Positions 40,855 to 49,969 of a stretch of 58,096 nt of DNA are shown piece after piece. Position 1 is the stretch's first letter, and the number at the start of each line of letters is the position of its first letter. The DNA lies in NCBI GenBank assembly GCA_045807245.1, contig JBJMHS010000077.1, positions 1-58,096 of the forward strand, in the 5' to 3' direction. The notes beneath the pieces were generated by a model. The model was given only the letters and a program-made list of their open reading frames with translations, did not search any database and had not been told where the DNA came from. The translations under genes and the position numbers were made by a program. This DNA comes from Actinomycetales bacterium. GTDB lineage: Bacteria; Actinomycetota; Actinomycetes; Actinomycetales; CAVURS01.

Positions 40855-42153
40855 ATGCCCTCCGGCCCGAGGACGTTCCTGTTCATGCCCGAGAGCGCAT
40901 ACGGCCCCACGAACAACTGCGTGGGCATTGGCAACGTCCTGCTGGAGCGCGGTCATCGCGTGGTGTTCGCCGCCGAAGCGTCGTGGCGCGGCAAGCTCGC
41001 GCCGCTCGGCTTCGTGGAGGACCTGGTCGACCTCGCCGAGCCCCCGCCACCGCCGACGCCAGGCGAACCCGAGCCGGACGCCGGGCAGTTCTGGAAGGAC
41101 TTCGTCCGCAGCACGGCCCCAGAGTTTCGCAAGCCCACCATCGCGCAGCTGGACACGTTCGTGCGCCCGGTGTTCGAGGAGCTGATCGCCGGCGCACGCT
41201 ACTGCGAGCCCCAGCTGCGCGAGATCATCGCGCGCCACCGACCGGACGTGGTCATCGAGGACAACGTCGTAGTCTTCCCGGCGCTGCAGACTGGCGGTGC
41301 GCCGTACGTGCGGATCGTGAGCTGTAACCCGTTGGAGATCAAGGGTTCTGGCGTTGCACCGACGTTCTCCGGCCTCCCTGCCGACGACAAGGACAGCTGG
41401 GCCGGGTTCCGTGCCGAGTACGAGCGGACACATCGGCCGCTGTGGCAGGACTTCGACGCCTTCGTGCGCGAGCAGGGCGCCCCGGGCCTGCCCGAGATGG
41501 ACTTCATGCCGGTGTCGGACCGGCTGAACCTCTACGTCTACCCGGAGGAGCTGGACTACGTCGACGCCCGGCCGCTCGACGGGTCGTGGCAGCGGCTCGA
41601 GTCGTGTGTGCGTACGACGGACGCACCGTTCGAGCTGCCGGACCGGATCTCCACCGACGGCCGGCCGCTGGCCTACTTCAGCCTCGGGTCGCTGGGTAGC
41701 GCGGACCTGGAGCTCATGCAGCGGACGCTTGATGTCCTGGCGACGACGCCGTACCGGTTCGTGGTCTCGATGGGACCGCGCGACGACGAGCTGACGCTGG
41801 GCGAGAACATGTGGGGGTCGGAGTTCGTCCCGCAGACCACCCTCCTGCCCATGGTGGATCTGGTGATCACTCACGGCGGCAACAACACGACGACCGAGGC
41901 GATGCACTTCGGGAAGCCGATGGTGCTGCTGCCGATCTTCTGGGACCAGCACGACAACGCCCAGCGGGTGCATGAGCGCGGGTACGGCGTCCGGCTCGAC
42001 ACCTATCGCTACACGGACGACGAGATGGTCCAGGCCCTGCGCGACATGTCCGCCCCGGAGGTGCGGGCCAGGGCTGAGGCGGCTGGGCGCCGGATCCGCG
42101 CCGCGGACGGTGTGCGGCGCGCGGCCGAGCTGATCGAGGCCGTCGCCGGCTAG
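40855..42153 (+). CDS. GT1/MGT-like glycosyltransferase
   Basis: RGHRVVFA, YFSLGSLG, FVPQTTLL..ITHGGNNTTTEA..PIFWDQHDNA; AAAGGA RBS. Confidence 0.88.
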   Translation: MPSGPRTFLFMPESAYGPTNNCVGIGNVLLERGHRVVFAAEASWRGKLAPLGFVEDLVDLAEPPPPPTPGEPEPDAGQFWKDFVRSTAPEFRKPTIAQLDTFVRPVFEELIAGARYCEPQLREIIARHRPDVVIEDNVVVFPALQTGGAPYVRIVSCNPLEIKGSGVAPTFSGLPADDKDSWAGFRAEYERTHRPLWQDFDAFVREQGAPGLPEMDFMPVSDRLNLYVYPEELDYVDARPLDGSWQRLESCVRTTDAPFELPDRISTDGRPLAYFSLGSLGSADLELMQRTLDVLATTPYRFVVSMGPRDDELTLGENMWGSEFVPQTTLLPMVDLVITHGGNNTTTEAMHFGKPMVLLPIFWDQHDNAQRVHERGYGVRLDTYRYTDDEMVQALRDMSAPEVRARAEAAGRRIRAADGVRRAAELIEAVAG

Positions 42154-42935
42154 GCTCTCGGGGTCAAGGGCAGCCAGTCCAGAACGTTGCGAATCTCCTT
42201 GTCCCAGTAGGGCCATTCGTGGCCACCCGGCCCGAAGTTCGAGTGGATGTCGATCCCCAAGGCCGCCGCGGCGGCGACGAAACGGACGTTGTCGTCGTAC
42301 AGGGAGTCACGGCTGCCGCAGGACACGTAGAGGGCCGGAAGCGGCTGCCCGGAACGCGCAGCCTCGGCCAGCAGATGGAGCAGGTCGGCATCGGTGCCGG
42401 ACAGGTCCTCGTCGCCGAACGCCGCATGCAGCGCCGGTTCCCGGTACGCCGCGCCCTCGGCGCGCACCCGAGCCATGTCGAGGACGCCCGACATGCTGGC
42501 GACGGCTGCGAAGCGCTCCGGCTCGCGGAGGGCCCAGCGCATCGCGCCGTACCCACCCATGGACAGACCAGCGACGAACGTCTCGTCGGGCCGAGTGGAG
42601 ACGTGGAACATCTGCTGCACCAGATAGGGCAGCTCCTGGGTCAGGAAGGTCCCGTAGCGCTGGCCGTGGACCTGGTCGGTGTAGCAGCTGCGCCCGACCT
42701 GTGGCATCACGACGGCGAGACCGAGGGGCGCAACGTAGCGCTCGACGGCGGTCATCCGGGTCCACCCGGTCGCATCGTCCCCGTTGCCGTGCAGGAGGTA
42801 CAGCACCGGGGGAGGAGGGCCCGCTTCGACGGGGTCGGTGGAGAAGGGCGTCTCCTGGTCCTGCGGGAGGATCACCGTGATGGTGGTGCCCATCTGGAGC
42901 ACGGCAGAGTCGACGTCGCAGCGCAGCAGGGCCAT
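42150..42935 (-). CDS. Esterase family alpha/beta hydrolase
   Basis: LYLLHG, AGLSMGG nucleophile elbow, GGHEWPYW. Confidence 0.88.
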   Translation of the reverse strand: MALLRCDVDSAVLQMGTTITVILPQDQETPFSTDPVEAGPPPPVLYLLHGNGDDATGWTRMTAVERYVAPLGLAVVMPQVGRSCYTDQVHGQRYGTFLTQELPYLVQQMFHVSTRPDETFVAGLSMGGYGAMRWALREPERFAAVASMSGVLDMARVRAEGAAYREPALHAAFGDEDLSGTDADLLHLLAEAARSGQPLPALYVSCGSRDSLYDDNVRFVAAAAALGIDIHSNFGPGGHEWPYWDKEIRNVLDWLPLTPRA

Positions 42936-42944
42936 GCCAGAACG

Positions 42945-44876
42945 CTAGTCGTGCGGATGATGCTCGTGCGGACTGGGCGGGACGTCCAACGCTGGGTTGC
43001 GGTCGAAGAACCCGAACGGCTTCAGCCAGAAGGACACGACGTCACAGGGCATGATCGGCCAGTCCTCCGGACGCGTGACGTGGTGGATGCCGAAGACGTA
43101 CCAGAGCACGATGTCGGTGTTCTCGATCGGGCGGTCGGCGGCGGTCCAGGTGGGCAGACCGCTGTCCTCCGCGCTGAGGTTGGGGAACGCACCGCACGGC
43201 CAGCGCTCGTCCTCGTGGAACGGTGTGACCCACAGCGTGTGGGCGATGGCCGCCGCCCGGTGCAGCACCGGCGCGTCGGGGTCGAACATCGAAGGGATGC
43301 TCGCCGACGGTACGAGCTTGTAGCCGACCTGGCCGCCGAAACCGTTGCGGGCCGAGGGATTGACGACCTTCCAGGACCGCTGCGAGGCCCAGTCGACGTC
43401 GCGGATCCCCTCCAGCTCACTGCGCAGCGGCCTGCTCTTGGCGACGATGCCGAGCCCGTGCGGGTTGGCCGGCCCGATCGGCTCCGCCTCGGTGTGGCTC
43501 TCCAGGACCGTGTTGTCGGCGCCGTCGATGTCGAGGTCCAGGCGCGCGACGATGAAGTGCTGGTGGAACGGTGCGTACGTCGAGTGGTCGACGATCGTGC
43601 CGTGGGTCACCTCTTCGCCCGGGGCGAACCGGCTGGTCACCATGATCCCGGTCGCGCGAACCTCACACTCGATGTTGCCGTCCTGGTAGAAGCGCCAGTA
43701 GACGAGGTACTCGTAGTTCGCGACCGTCGCGTGGAACGAGATGACCAGGCGACGCATGCGCCGCACCTCGGTGCCGACGTGCGGGTCGACGTGCTTCCAC
43801 AGGACAGCGTTGTCCTCCTCGTGGATGCAGATCGCGTTCTGAATGGTGAGCGGCTCGCCGTGCGAGTCGTGCAGGACCGCGTCCAGGTAACGGATCTCGC
43901 CCAGGCAGTCGCAGCCGAGCATCAGTGACGTGGTCATGAAGCCCAGACCCCACTCGCCGATGTCGAACGCCGTACGCCGGTAGTGGTCGGGTGAGGGGTC
44001 GCGGTACGGCACGACCATCTCGGCGAACGACATGCGGTGCGCCACCGGGCGCAACCGGTCGCCGTCCCGGTAGCCGACGGTGTGCAGCACCAGGGCCTCG
44101 CGGTAGTTGAACCCGATCCGCAGCTCCCAGTTCTGCCAGCGCAGCAGGTTGCCGTCGAGGGAGAACGAGACCCCTTCGGGCTGGGTGATCTCCAGAGGGG
44201 CGATGTCGCGCGGTGGCTGGCCGACGAGCGAGGGCAGGTACTCACCCTGGATGGGCGGCGGGGGTGTGCCCGGCGGCAGCACCGGGCCAGCGTCCTCGAT
44301 CTCCAGCAGCTCCATGGTGTTGAGGTCGACGACCGGGTGCAGGTTCCCGACCGGATGCGCGTACGGGTTGCCGTCGGGAGTCTCGCGCACCCACACGTCG
44401 CCCCAGCCGATCCGCCGGCCGCGGTATTGCTCGGGCACGAGCGCCGCGCCGTAGGCCCACGTATCGACCAGGACCAGATCCAGGTCGGTGACGCCCCGGG
44501 CCGCCAGGGCCTCGACCAGGTGCGGCTCGTGCCGGAGGAACTCGTCGCACTCGTGCCACTCGTCCACCGTCATGTTCGGATGCTCGCCCTCGACCTGGTC
44601 CCACGAGACGACGGAGTCGTCGGTCAGCGACACGAGGGCGCGGTAGGCGGCACCGTCGGAGCGGTTCCAGACGACCGCGACAGCGCTGCGGGTGATCGGG
44701 TCGCCCGGCGCGTGCCGGAGGGCGACGTCCTTGGCCGGCTCGTGCAGCTCCACCGACGCCCACCGCCAGCCGTCCCCGACTCCTCGCTCCCGGCCCAGCA
44801 GGTCACGGACCTGCCGGATCTCGTCGGCCGAGATCGGATCGAGCGGGTGCGCGTGAAATGTCTGGTCCGAGGTCAC
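42945..44876 (-). CDS. Copper/TPQ primary-amine oxidase
   Basis: HPLDP start, AFDIGE catalytic Asp, LGCDC, TVANYEY TPQ motif, HQH and HHVTRPEDWPIMP Cu ligands. Confidence 0.93.
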   Translation of the reverse strand: MTSDQTFHAHPLDPISADEIRQVRDLLGRERGVGDGWRWASVELHEPAKDVALRHAPGDPITRSAVAVVWNRSDGAAYRALVSLTDDSVVSWDQVEGEHPNMTVDEWHECDEFLRHEPHLVEALAARGVTDLDLVLVDTWAYGAALVPEQYRGRRIGWGDVWVRETPDGNPYAHPVGNLHPVVDLNTMELLEIEDAGPVLPPGTPPPPIQGEYLPSLVGQPPRDIAPLEITQPEGVSFSLDGNLLRWQNWELRIGFNYREALVLHTVGYRDGDRLRPVAHRMSFAEMVVPYRDPSPDHYRRTAFDIGEWGLGFMTTSLMLGCDCLGEIRYLDAVLHDSHGEPLTIQNAICIHEEDNAVLWKHVDPHVGTEVRRMRRLVISFHATVANYEYLVYWRFYQDGNIECEVRATGIMVTSRFAPGEEVTHGTIVDHSTYAPFHQHFIVARLDLDIDGADNTVLESHTEAEPIGPANPHGLGIVAKSRPLRSELEGIRDVDWASQRSWKVVNPSARNGFGGQVGYKLVPSASIPSMFDPDAPVLHRAAAIAHTLWVTPFHEDERWPCGAFPNLSAEDSGLPTWTAADRPIENTDIVLWYVFGIHHVTRPEDWPIMPCDVVSFWLKPFGFFDRNPALDVPPSPHEHHPHD

Positions 44877-47329
44877 CGCCTGATCCTGGCATTGTCCGGG
44901 TCGAACGGGGGTCGCAGGTGCGCTGTGGCCGGGCGGACGTCGCCGGCGACATCGACGGCGTAGCTGCCGGCTCGGACGTGGTCGGGCGTGACGGCATCGC
45001 CGTCCGGGCGCCAGAGGTAGGCCAGGGCGACAGACACCCCGAGCGCCTCGCCCCATCCGGCCGACCGCACCTGACCCGAGGGCACGCCGTCGCGCAGCAC
45101 CAGCTCGCCACCCCAGAGCATCGTGTCCGGGTCGTCCATGACCAGCGAGACCAGCCGCCGCCGTGGGCCGGCGGCCCTGACCTTCTCGACCGTCTCCCGG
45201 CCGAGGAACGCCACGTCGGAGCCGAGTTTGCAGGCGAACACCAGGCCGGCCTCGACCGGGTTCTCGTCCGGTCCGATGTCAGTGCCGAACGCGCGATATC
45301 CCTTCTCCAGCCGCAGGCTGTTGATCGTGTAGTAACCCGCTTGGGCCAGCCCGTGGCCGCGGCCGGCGTCGAGTAGCTGCTCGTACACGCCCACCGCGAA
45401 CTCGACCGGGACGTAGAGCTCCCAGCCCAGCTCTCCGATGTACGTGATGCGCGTGGCGCGCACGGTGGGGTAGCCGAGGTCGATCATCCGGCTGGTGGCG
45501 AAGGGGAACGCCTCGTGCGAGAGGTCGGCGCGGGTGAGTGCGCTCAGCAGGGCGCGTGACTCCGGGCCCATGACGCCGAACACCGCGTACGACGACGTGA
45601 CGTCGACGGCTGTCACGTGCGCGTCCGGCTCGATGTGCTGCTCGATCCAGGCCAGGTCGCGCACGATCGACGCCGACCCGGTGACCAGCAGGTACTCGGT
45701 GGGAGAAAGGCGCGTGATGGTGACGTCGGCCTCGTACCCGCCGCGCTTGTTCAGCAGGCCGGTGTAGACGACCTGCCCGGGCGCCACCGCCACGTCGGCC
45801 GTGCAGAGCCACTGGAGCAGGCGCTCGGCGTCCCGGCCCTTGACCAGGATCTTGCCGAAGGAGGTCTGGTCGAACAGCGCGACAGCGGTCCGGGCGGCAG
45901 TCTGCTCGGCGGCGGACCAGTCCAGCCAACGCGGCTTGTCCCACGCATAGTCGACGACCGGACGTTCGCCCGGAGGCGCGAACACGTTGGCGCGCTCCCA
46001 CCCCATCTTGGAGCCGAAGGAGGCGCCGGACGCAGCGAGCAGATGATGCACCGGTGAACGGCGGAACGGGCGCGCCGTCTCCAGTTCCCGCCCCGGCCAG
46101 GGCACCTCGTAGTGCAGACCGAGCACCTCGCCGACGCGGTCGTGCAGCCACCGGGTGTTGCCGTTGTACGGCGCGAAACGCCGGATGTCCATGCTGGTCA
46201 GGTCGCTCGTGGGCTCTCCCTCGACCACCCACTCCGCGAGCGCGCGCCCGGCGCCTCCGGCCGTCGCGATGCCGACCGAGTTGAAGCCCGCGGCGACGAA
46301 GAACCCAGCCAGCTCGGGTGCCTCCCCGAGGATGAACTGGTTGTCCGGGGTGAAGCTCTCCGGGCCGTTGTAGAACTTCTTGATTCCCGTGTGGTGGAGG
46401 GCGGGGATGCGGTGCAGGGCGCTCTCCATCAGGACCTGGAAATGGTCCCAGTCCTCGTCGAGCAGCTGGAACTCGAACGGGTAGGGGATCTGGTCGGGCG
46501 CGACCCACGGCTTGGCCGTCGGCTCGAAGCCACCGACGACCAGCCCGCCGACCTCCTCCTTGAAGTACGTGTACCCGTCGGGGTCGCGCAGGATCGGCAG
46601 CATCCGGTGGACGCCCTCGATCTGGTCGGTCACGACGTAGAAGTGCTCGGCGGAGTGCAAGGGAACGGTTACTCCGCACATGGCTCCGATCGCCTTGGCC
46701 CACTGCCCGGCGCAGTTGACCACCACCTCGGACTCGATATCACCGCGGTCGGTCCGGACGCCCGTGACATGTCCGGCGTTGGCGAGGACCCCCGTCACCC
46801 GGGTCCGCTCCAGGACGAGCCCACCTCGGCTCCGGGCGCCGCGCGCGAGCGACTGCGTGACGTCGGTCGGGTTGGCCGTCCCGTCGCCTGGCAGCCAGAG
46901 CGCACCGACCAGGTCACTCGTCTCGAGGACGGGGTACAGCTCCCGGGCCCGGTCCGCGCTGACCAGCTCGCACTCGAGGTCGAAGGCTTCGGCCGTCGCC
47001 GCCGTACGCCGGAGCTGCACCATGCGCTCCGGCGTACGGGCGACGGTGACGCCCCCGCACCTCTTGTAGCCCGTGGCCAGGCCGGTCTCAGCCTCGAGCC
47101 GGCTGTAGAGCTCGGCCGAGTACTGGACCAGTCGCGTCCCGTTCTCGGTCGAGCGCATCTGCCCGACCAGCCCCGCGGCGTGCCAGGTCGTGCCACCGGA
47201 GAGCGAACCTTGTTCCAGCAGAACGAGATCCGTCCAGCCGAGCGCCGTCAGATGGTAGGCGACGCTCGCTCCGATGATGCCGCCGCCGATGACGACGACC
47301 CGGGCCCGCGCGGGGAGGTCTGTGGGCAT
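44873..47329 (-). CDS. GcvT-domain FAD-dependent N-demethylase (dimethylglycine/sarcosine dehydrogenase-like) II
   Basis: GGGIIG, TTWHAAG flavinylation His, GPESFTPD, YIGELGWEL, SLRLEKGY. Confidence 0.9.
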   Translation of the reverse strand: MPTDLPARARVVVIGGGIIGASVAYHLTALGWTDLVLLEQGSLSGGTTWHAAGLVGQMRSTENGTRLVQYSAELYSRLEAETGLATGYKRCGGVTVARTPERMVQLRRTAATAEAFDLECELVSADRARELYPVLETSDLVGALWLPGDGTANPTDVTQSLARGARSRGGLVLERTRVTGVLANAGHVTGVRTDRGDIESEVVVNCAGQWAKAIGAMCGVTVPLHSAEHFYVVTDQIEGVHRMLPILRDPDGYTYFKEEVGGLVVGGFEPTAKPWVAPDQIPYPFEFQLLDEDWDHFQVLMESALHRIPALHHTGIKKFYNGPESFTPDNQFILGEAPELAGFFVAAGFNSVGIATAGGAGRALAEWVVEGEPTSDLTSMDIRRFAPYNGNTRWLHDRVGEVLGLHYEVPWPGRELETARPFRRSPVHHLLAASGASFGSKMGWERANVFAPPGERPVVDYAWDKPRWLDWSAAEQTAARTAVALFDQTSFGKILVKGRDAERLLQWLCTADVAVAPGQVVYTGLLNKRGGYEADVTITRLSPTEYLLVTGSASIVRDLAWIEQHIEPDAHVTAVDVTSSYAVFGVMGPESRALLSALTRADLSHEAFPFATSRMIDLGYPTVRATRITYIGELGWELYVPVEFAVGVYEQLLDAGRGHGLAQAGYYTINSLRLEKGYRAFGTDIGPDENPVEAGLVFACKLGSDVAFLGRETVEKVRAAGPRRRLVSLVMDDPDTMLWGGELVLRDGVPSGQVRSAGWGEALGVSVALAYLWRPDGDAVTPDHVRAGSYAVDVAGDVRPATAHLRPPFDPDNARIRR

Positions 47330-47335
47330 GAACGG

Positions 47336-48910
47336 TCAGGCGCCGCCCGTGTCCGTGTCGGCTCCGGACGCGCTCAGCACCCGGTGCTCCTCGACGATCC
47401 GGTCGGGCTTGTGCTGCTGGACGCCGTAGTAGTACGCGAGGCCAACGACGAGAACGACCCCGACGGCCAGCACGCCGCCCCACTGGTAGTTGCCTGCGCC
47501 GTAGATCTCGTGCCGCGGCCAGATCAGATTGAGCGCCATCAGGGAGCCGTACGCGATGGCTGCGACGTTGATGACGACACCCCATGGCCTGGGCAGTGTG
47601 AACAGGCCTGTGCGTCCGTCGTCCTCCGGCCAACCGGTACGGCGGCGCAGGAAGGTCGGCACCGTCACCATGAGGTAGGCGATGTAGACGAGGATGATCG
47701 AGACGCTGGTGACGACCAGGAACAGCTTGCTGTTCCCGACGTTCACCAACAGGATCAGGATGGCGACTGCGCCGCTGACCAGAGCCGGTGCGGCGGGGGC
47801 GTGCCGGCTCTCACTGACGTGAGACAGCCCGTCCCCGAGCGGCAACGCGTGGTCGCGCGCCATCGAGAAGGCGATCCGGATCGCGGCGGCCTGGATGGCC
47901 AGGCAGCAGACGAAGATCGCGATCGCCACGTCGATGAGCACGAGCTTGGCACCGCCACTGCCGAGGGCGTCGTCCAGCACCGAGGGCAGGCCACCGACGC
48001 CGAGCTTGTCCAGCGCCAGGTCCTTCGACGCCATGAGGGCGAACAGGAGCAGCAGCAGTCCGGAGAACCCGGCCGCCGCCAGCGCGCGCAGGAGCGCCTT
48101 GGGTGTGGTCTTGCGCGGGTCCTTCGTCTCCTCGGCGAGTGAGCCGGCGGTGTCGAAGCCGAACATGACGTACGCCGGCATGACGGCGCCCATCAGGAGC
48201 GGGATCAGGATGCCGAAGCTGTCATAGCCCGGCAGACCGGGTCCGGCGCCCTCGGAGTGGAACACGACCTGCGGTCCGCGGCGGGCGTGCGCCAGCAGCA
48301 GCACGAGGATGATCGCGACACCGATCAGCTCCGCCAGGACACCGACGTTGTTGATCTTCGACATGACCTTGACGCCCAGCACGTTGATGACCGTGGTGAT
48401 GATGATGAGCACCGTGCCGAGCAGAACCGCGTTGCGCACGTAGTCCTTCGTCGCGTCGCCGCTGTCGAAGAACTGCAGCTGGGACCAGATGCTCGGCAGG
48501 ACGATCTGCCAGGCGATGGCGACGGCTGCCACAGTCACGATCGAGCCGACAAGCATCGTCCAGCCGGCCATCCACGACGTGCCCCGGCCGCCGACCTTCT
48601 TGGACCACTGGTAGACCGAGCCGGCGATCGGGAAGCGCGCGCTGAGCTCGGCGAACATGAGCGCAACGCAGAACTGGCCGGCGAAGACGACGATCCAGGA
48701 CCAGAAGAACACTGGCCCACCGAAGCCGTAGCCGAAGCCGAACAGCTGGAACATCCCGGTCAGGATCGAGATGTAGCTGAAGCCTGCGGCGAACGAGGAG
48801 AAGCTGCCCAGGCTTCTGTTGAGACGCTGTGCATAGCCGTGCTCAGCGAGGTCCGCGACGTCGGCCTCGTGCGAGCCCGTCGGTCGTCGATCCGCGGTTG
48901 GAGCAGTCAT
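47336..48910 (-). CDS. APC family amino acid/amine permease
   Basis: FAAGFSYISIL, AELSARFPIAGSVYQW, GFDTAGSLAEET; about 12 TM; GGAGG RBS. Confidence 0.9.
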   Translation of the reverse strand: MTAPTADRRPTGSHEADVADLAEHGYAQRLNRSLGSFSSFAAGFSYISILTGMFQLFGFGYGFGGPVFFWSWIVVFAGQFCVALMFAELSARFPIAGSVYQWSKKVGGRGTSWMAGWTMLVGSIVTVAAVAIAWQIVLPSIWSQLQFFDSGDATKDYVRNAVLLGTVLIIITTVINVLGVKVMSKINNVGVLAELIGVAIILVLLLAHARRGPQVVFHSEGAGPGLPGYDSFGILIPLLMGAVMPAYVMFGFDTAGSLAEETKDPRKTTPKALLRALAAAGFSGLLLLLFALMASKDLALDKLGVGGLPSVLDDALGSGGAKLVLIDVAIAIFVCCLAIQAAAIRIAFSMARDHALPLGDGLSHVSESRHAPAAPALVSGAVAILILLVNVGNSKLFLVVTSVSIILVYIAYLMVTVPTFLRRRTGWPEDDGRTGLFTLPRPWGVVINVAAIAYGSLMALNLIWPRHEIYGAGNYQWGGVLAVGVVLVVGLAYYYGVQQHKPDRIVEEHRVLSASGADTDTGGA

Positions 48911-49003
48911 CGTGATCCTCCGGATGGTGCGGCTTGACCCCGAAATGCAGGGGGACTGCGTGGGACTACTGGTGGGGAACTGCAGGGATAGTGCGGAACT
49001 GCG

Positions 49004-49969
49004 CTAGTCGGGACGTTGGGCTTCTTCGAGCAGGTGGTCGAACTCCGGTGACCTGAACACGCGTACGGCGTTGTCGTACTTCTCCATCCCCCAGGACCAG
49101 AAGTCGAAGTCCAACGGGCTGGAGCCGTCCTGGATGGACGCCCACAGGGTCCATCCGTAACGCGACATGAGGCCCTGGAGCTGGGCGCGGGCGACCTTGT
49201 TGCGCAGGGGACGCCCGTAGTACTCGGCAACCAGCACCTCCAGCTCGTCGAGGGTCAGGTGACACTCGCTCCAGATGTTGCCGAGCTCGAAGCACGCGTC
49301 GTTGTTGCCGGCGTACTCGTAGTCGATGAGCCAGATCTGGTCACCGTCGTCGATGAAGTTCGCGGCCAGCAGGTCGTTGTTGCACGGGACCGTGCCCTCG
49401 TCGTTCACGGCGAGCGCGGCCTTGATCCGCTGGACGTGCGGCTCGAAGCCGAGGTAGCCCTCCGGCAGCCGGAACCCGGACTGACGGACCATTCGCAGGT
49501 ACTGCTGCTGGATCTCGAACATGTTGAAGTCGTTGACGAACCGCTCGGCCGAGTGCAGCCGGCGTACCGAGCGGGCGACCCGCGGGATCGTGCCCGGGAC
49601 CTTGAAGTCCTCGTCACCGTAGGTCTTGCCGTCGATGAAGCCGAAGACCGTCATGCCGTCGTCCGGCAGGTACGCGACGACCGGCGCGCCCACACCCGCC
49701 GCGGCTGCGCGCACCGAGTTCTCGTGCTCGTGGTCACGGTTGATCGCGAGGGCGTCCGCCTCGCGCGGGGAGACCCGGACGACGTACGCACCGCCCGGAC
49801 AGTCGACCTTGTAGTTGCGGTTGGTCAGGCCACCGGGCAGCTCGTGGATGTCTCGCTCGCCGGACAGCTCCGGCACCTGGTCGAGCAGACGGTCGAGGAG
49901 CGCACCCGGTCCAGGGGCGGACGCCGGGGTACCGGTCGTGCCCAGCGCCGCGGAACCGGCCTCGCTCAT
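49004..49969 (-). CDS. Choline/ethanolamine kinase-like phosphotransferase
   Basis: LPGGLTNRNY, CNNDLLAANF Brenner-type motif, IDYEYAG; ATGA overlap with upstream gene. Confidence 0.85.
   Translation of the reverse strand: MSEAGSAALGTTGTPASAPGPGALLDRLLDQVPELSGERDIHELPGGLTNRNYKVDCPGGAYVVRVSPREADALAINRDHEHENSVRAAAAGVGAPVVAYLPDDGMTVFGFIDGKTYGDEDFKVPGTIPRVARSVRRLHSAERFVNDFNMFEIQQQYLRMVRQSGFRLPEGYLGFEPHVQRIKAALAVNDEGTVPCNNDLLAANFIDDGDQIWLIDYEYAGNNDACFELGNIWSECHLTLDELEVLVAEYYGRPLRNKVARAQLQGLMSRYGWTLWASIQDGSSPLDFDFWSWGMEKYDNAVRVFRSPEFDHLLEEAQRPD

Noticed and set aside
40855..42153. Macrolide-resistance glycosyltransferase
   Set aside because: Only family-level similarity; lacks the usual N-terminal His, and the context looks catabolic
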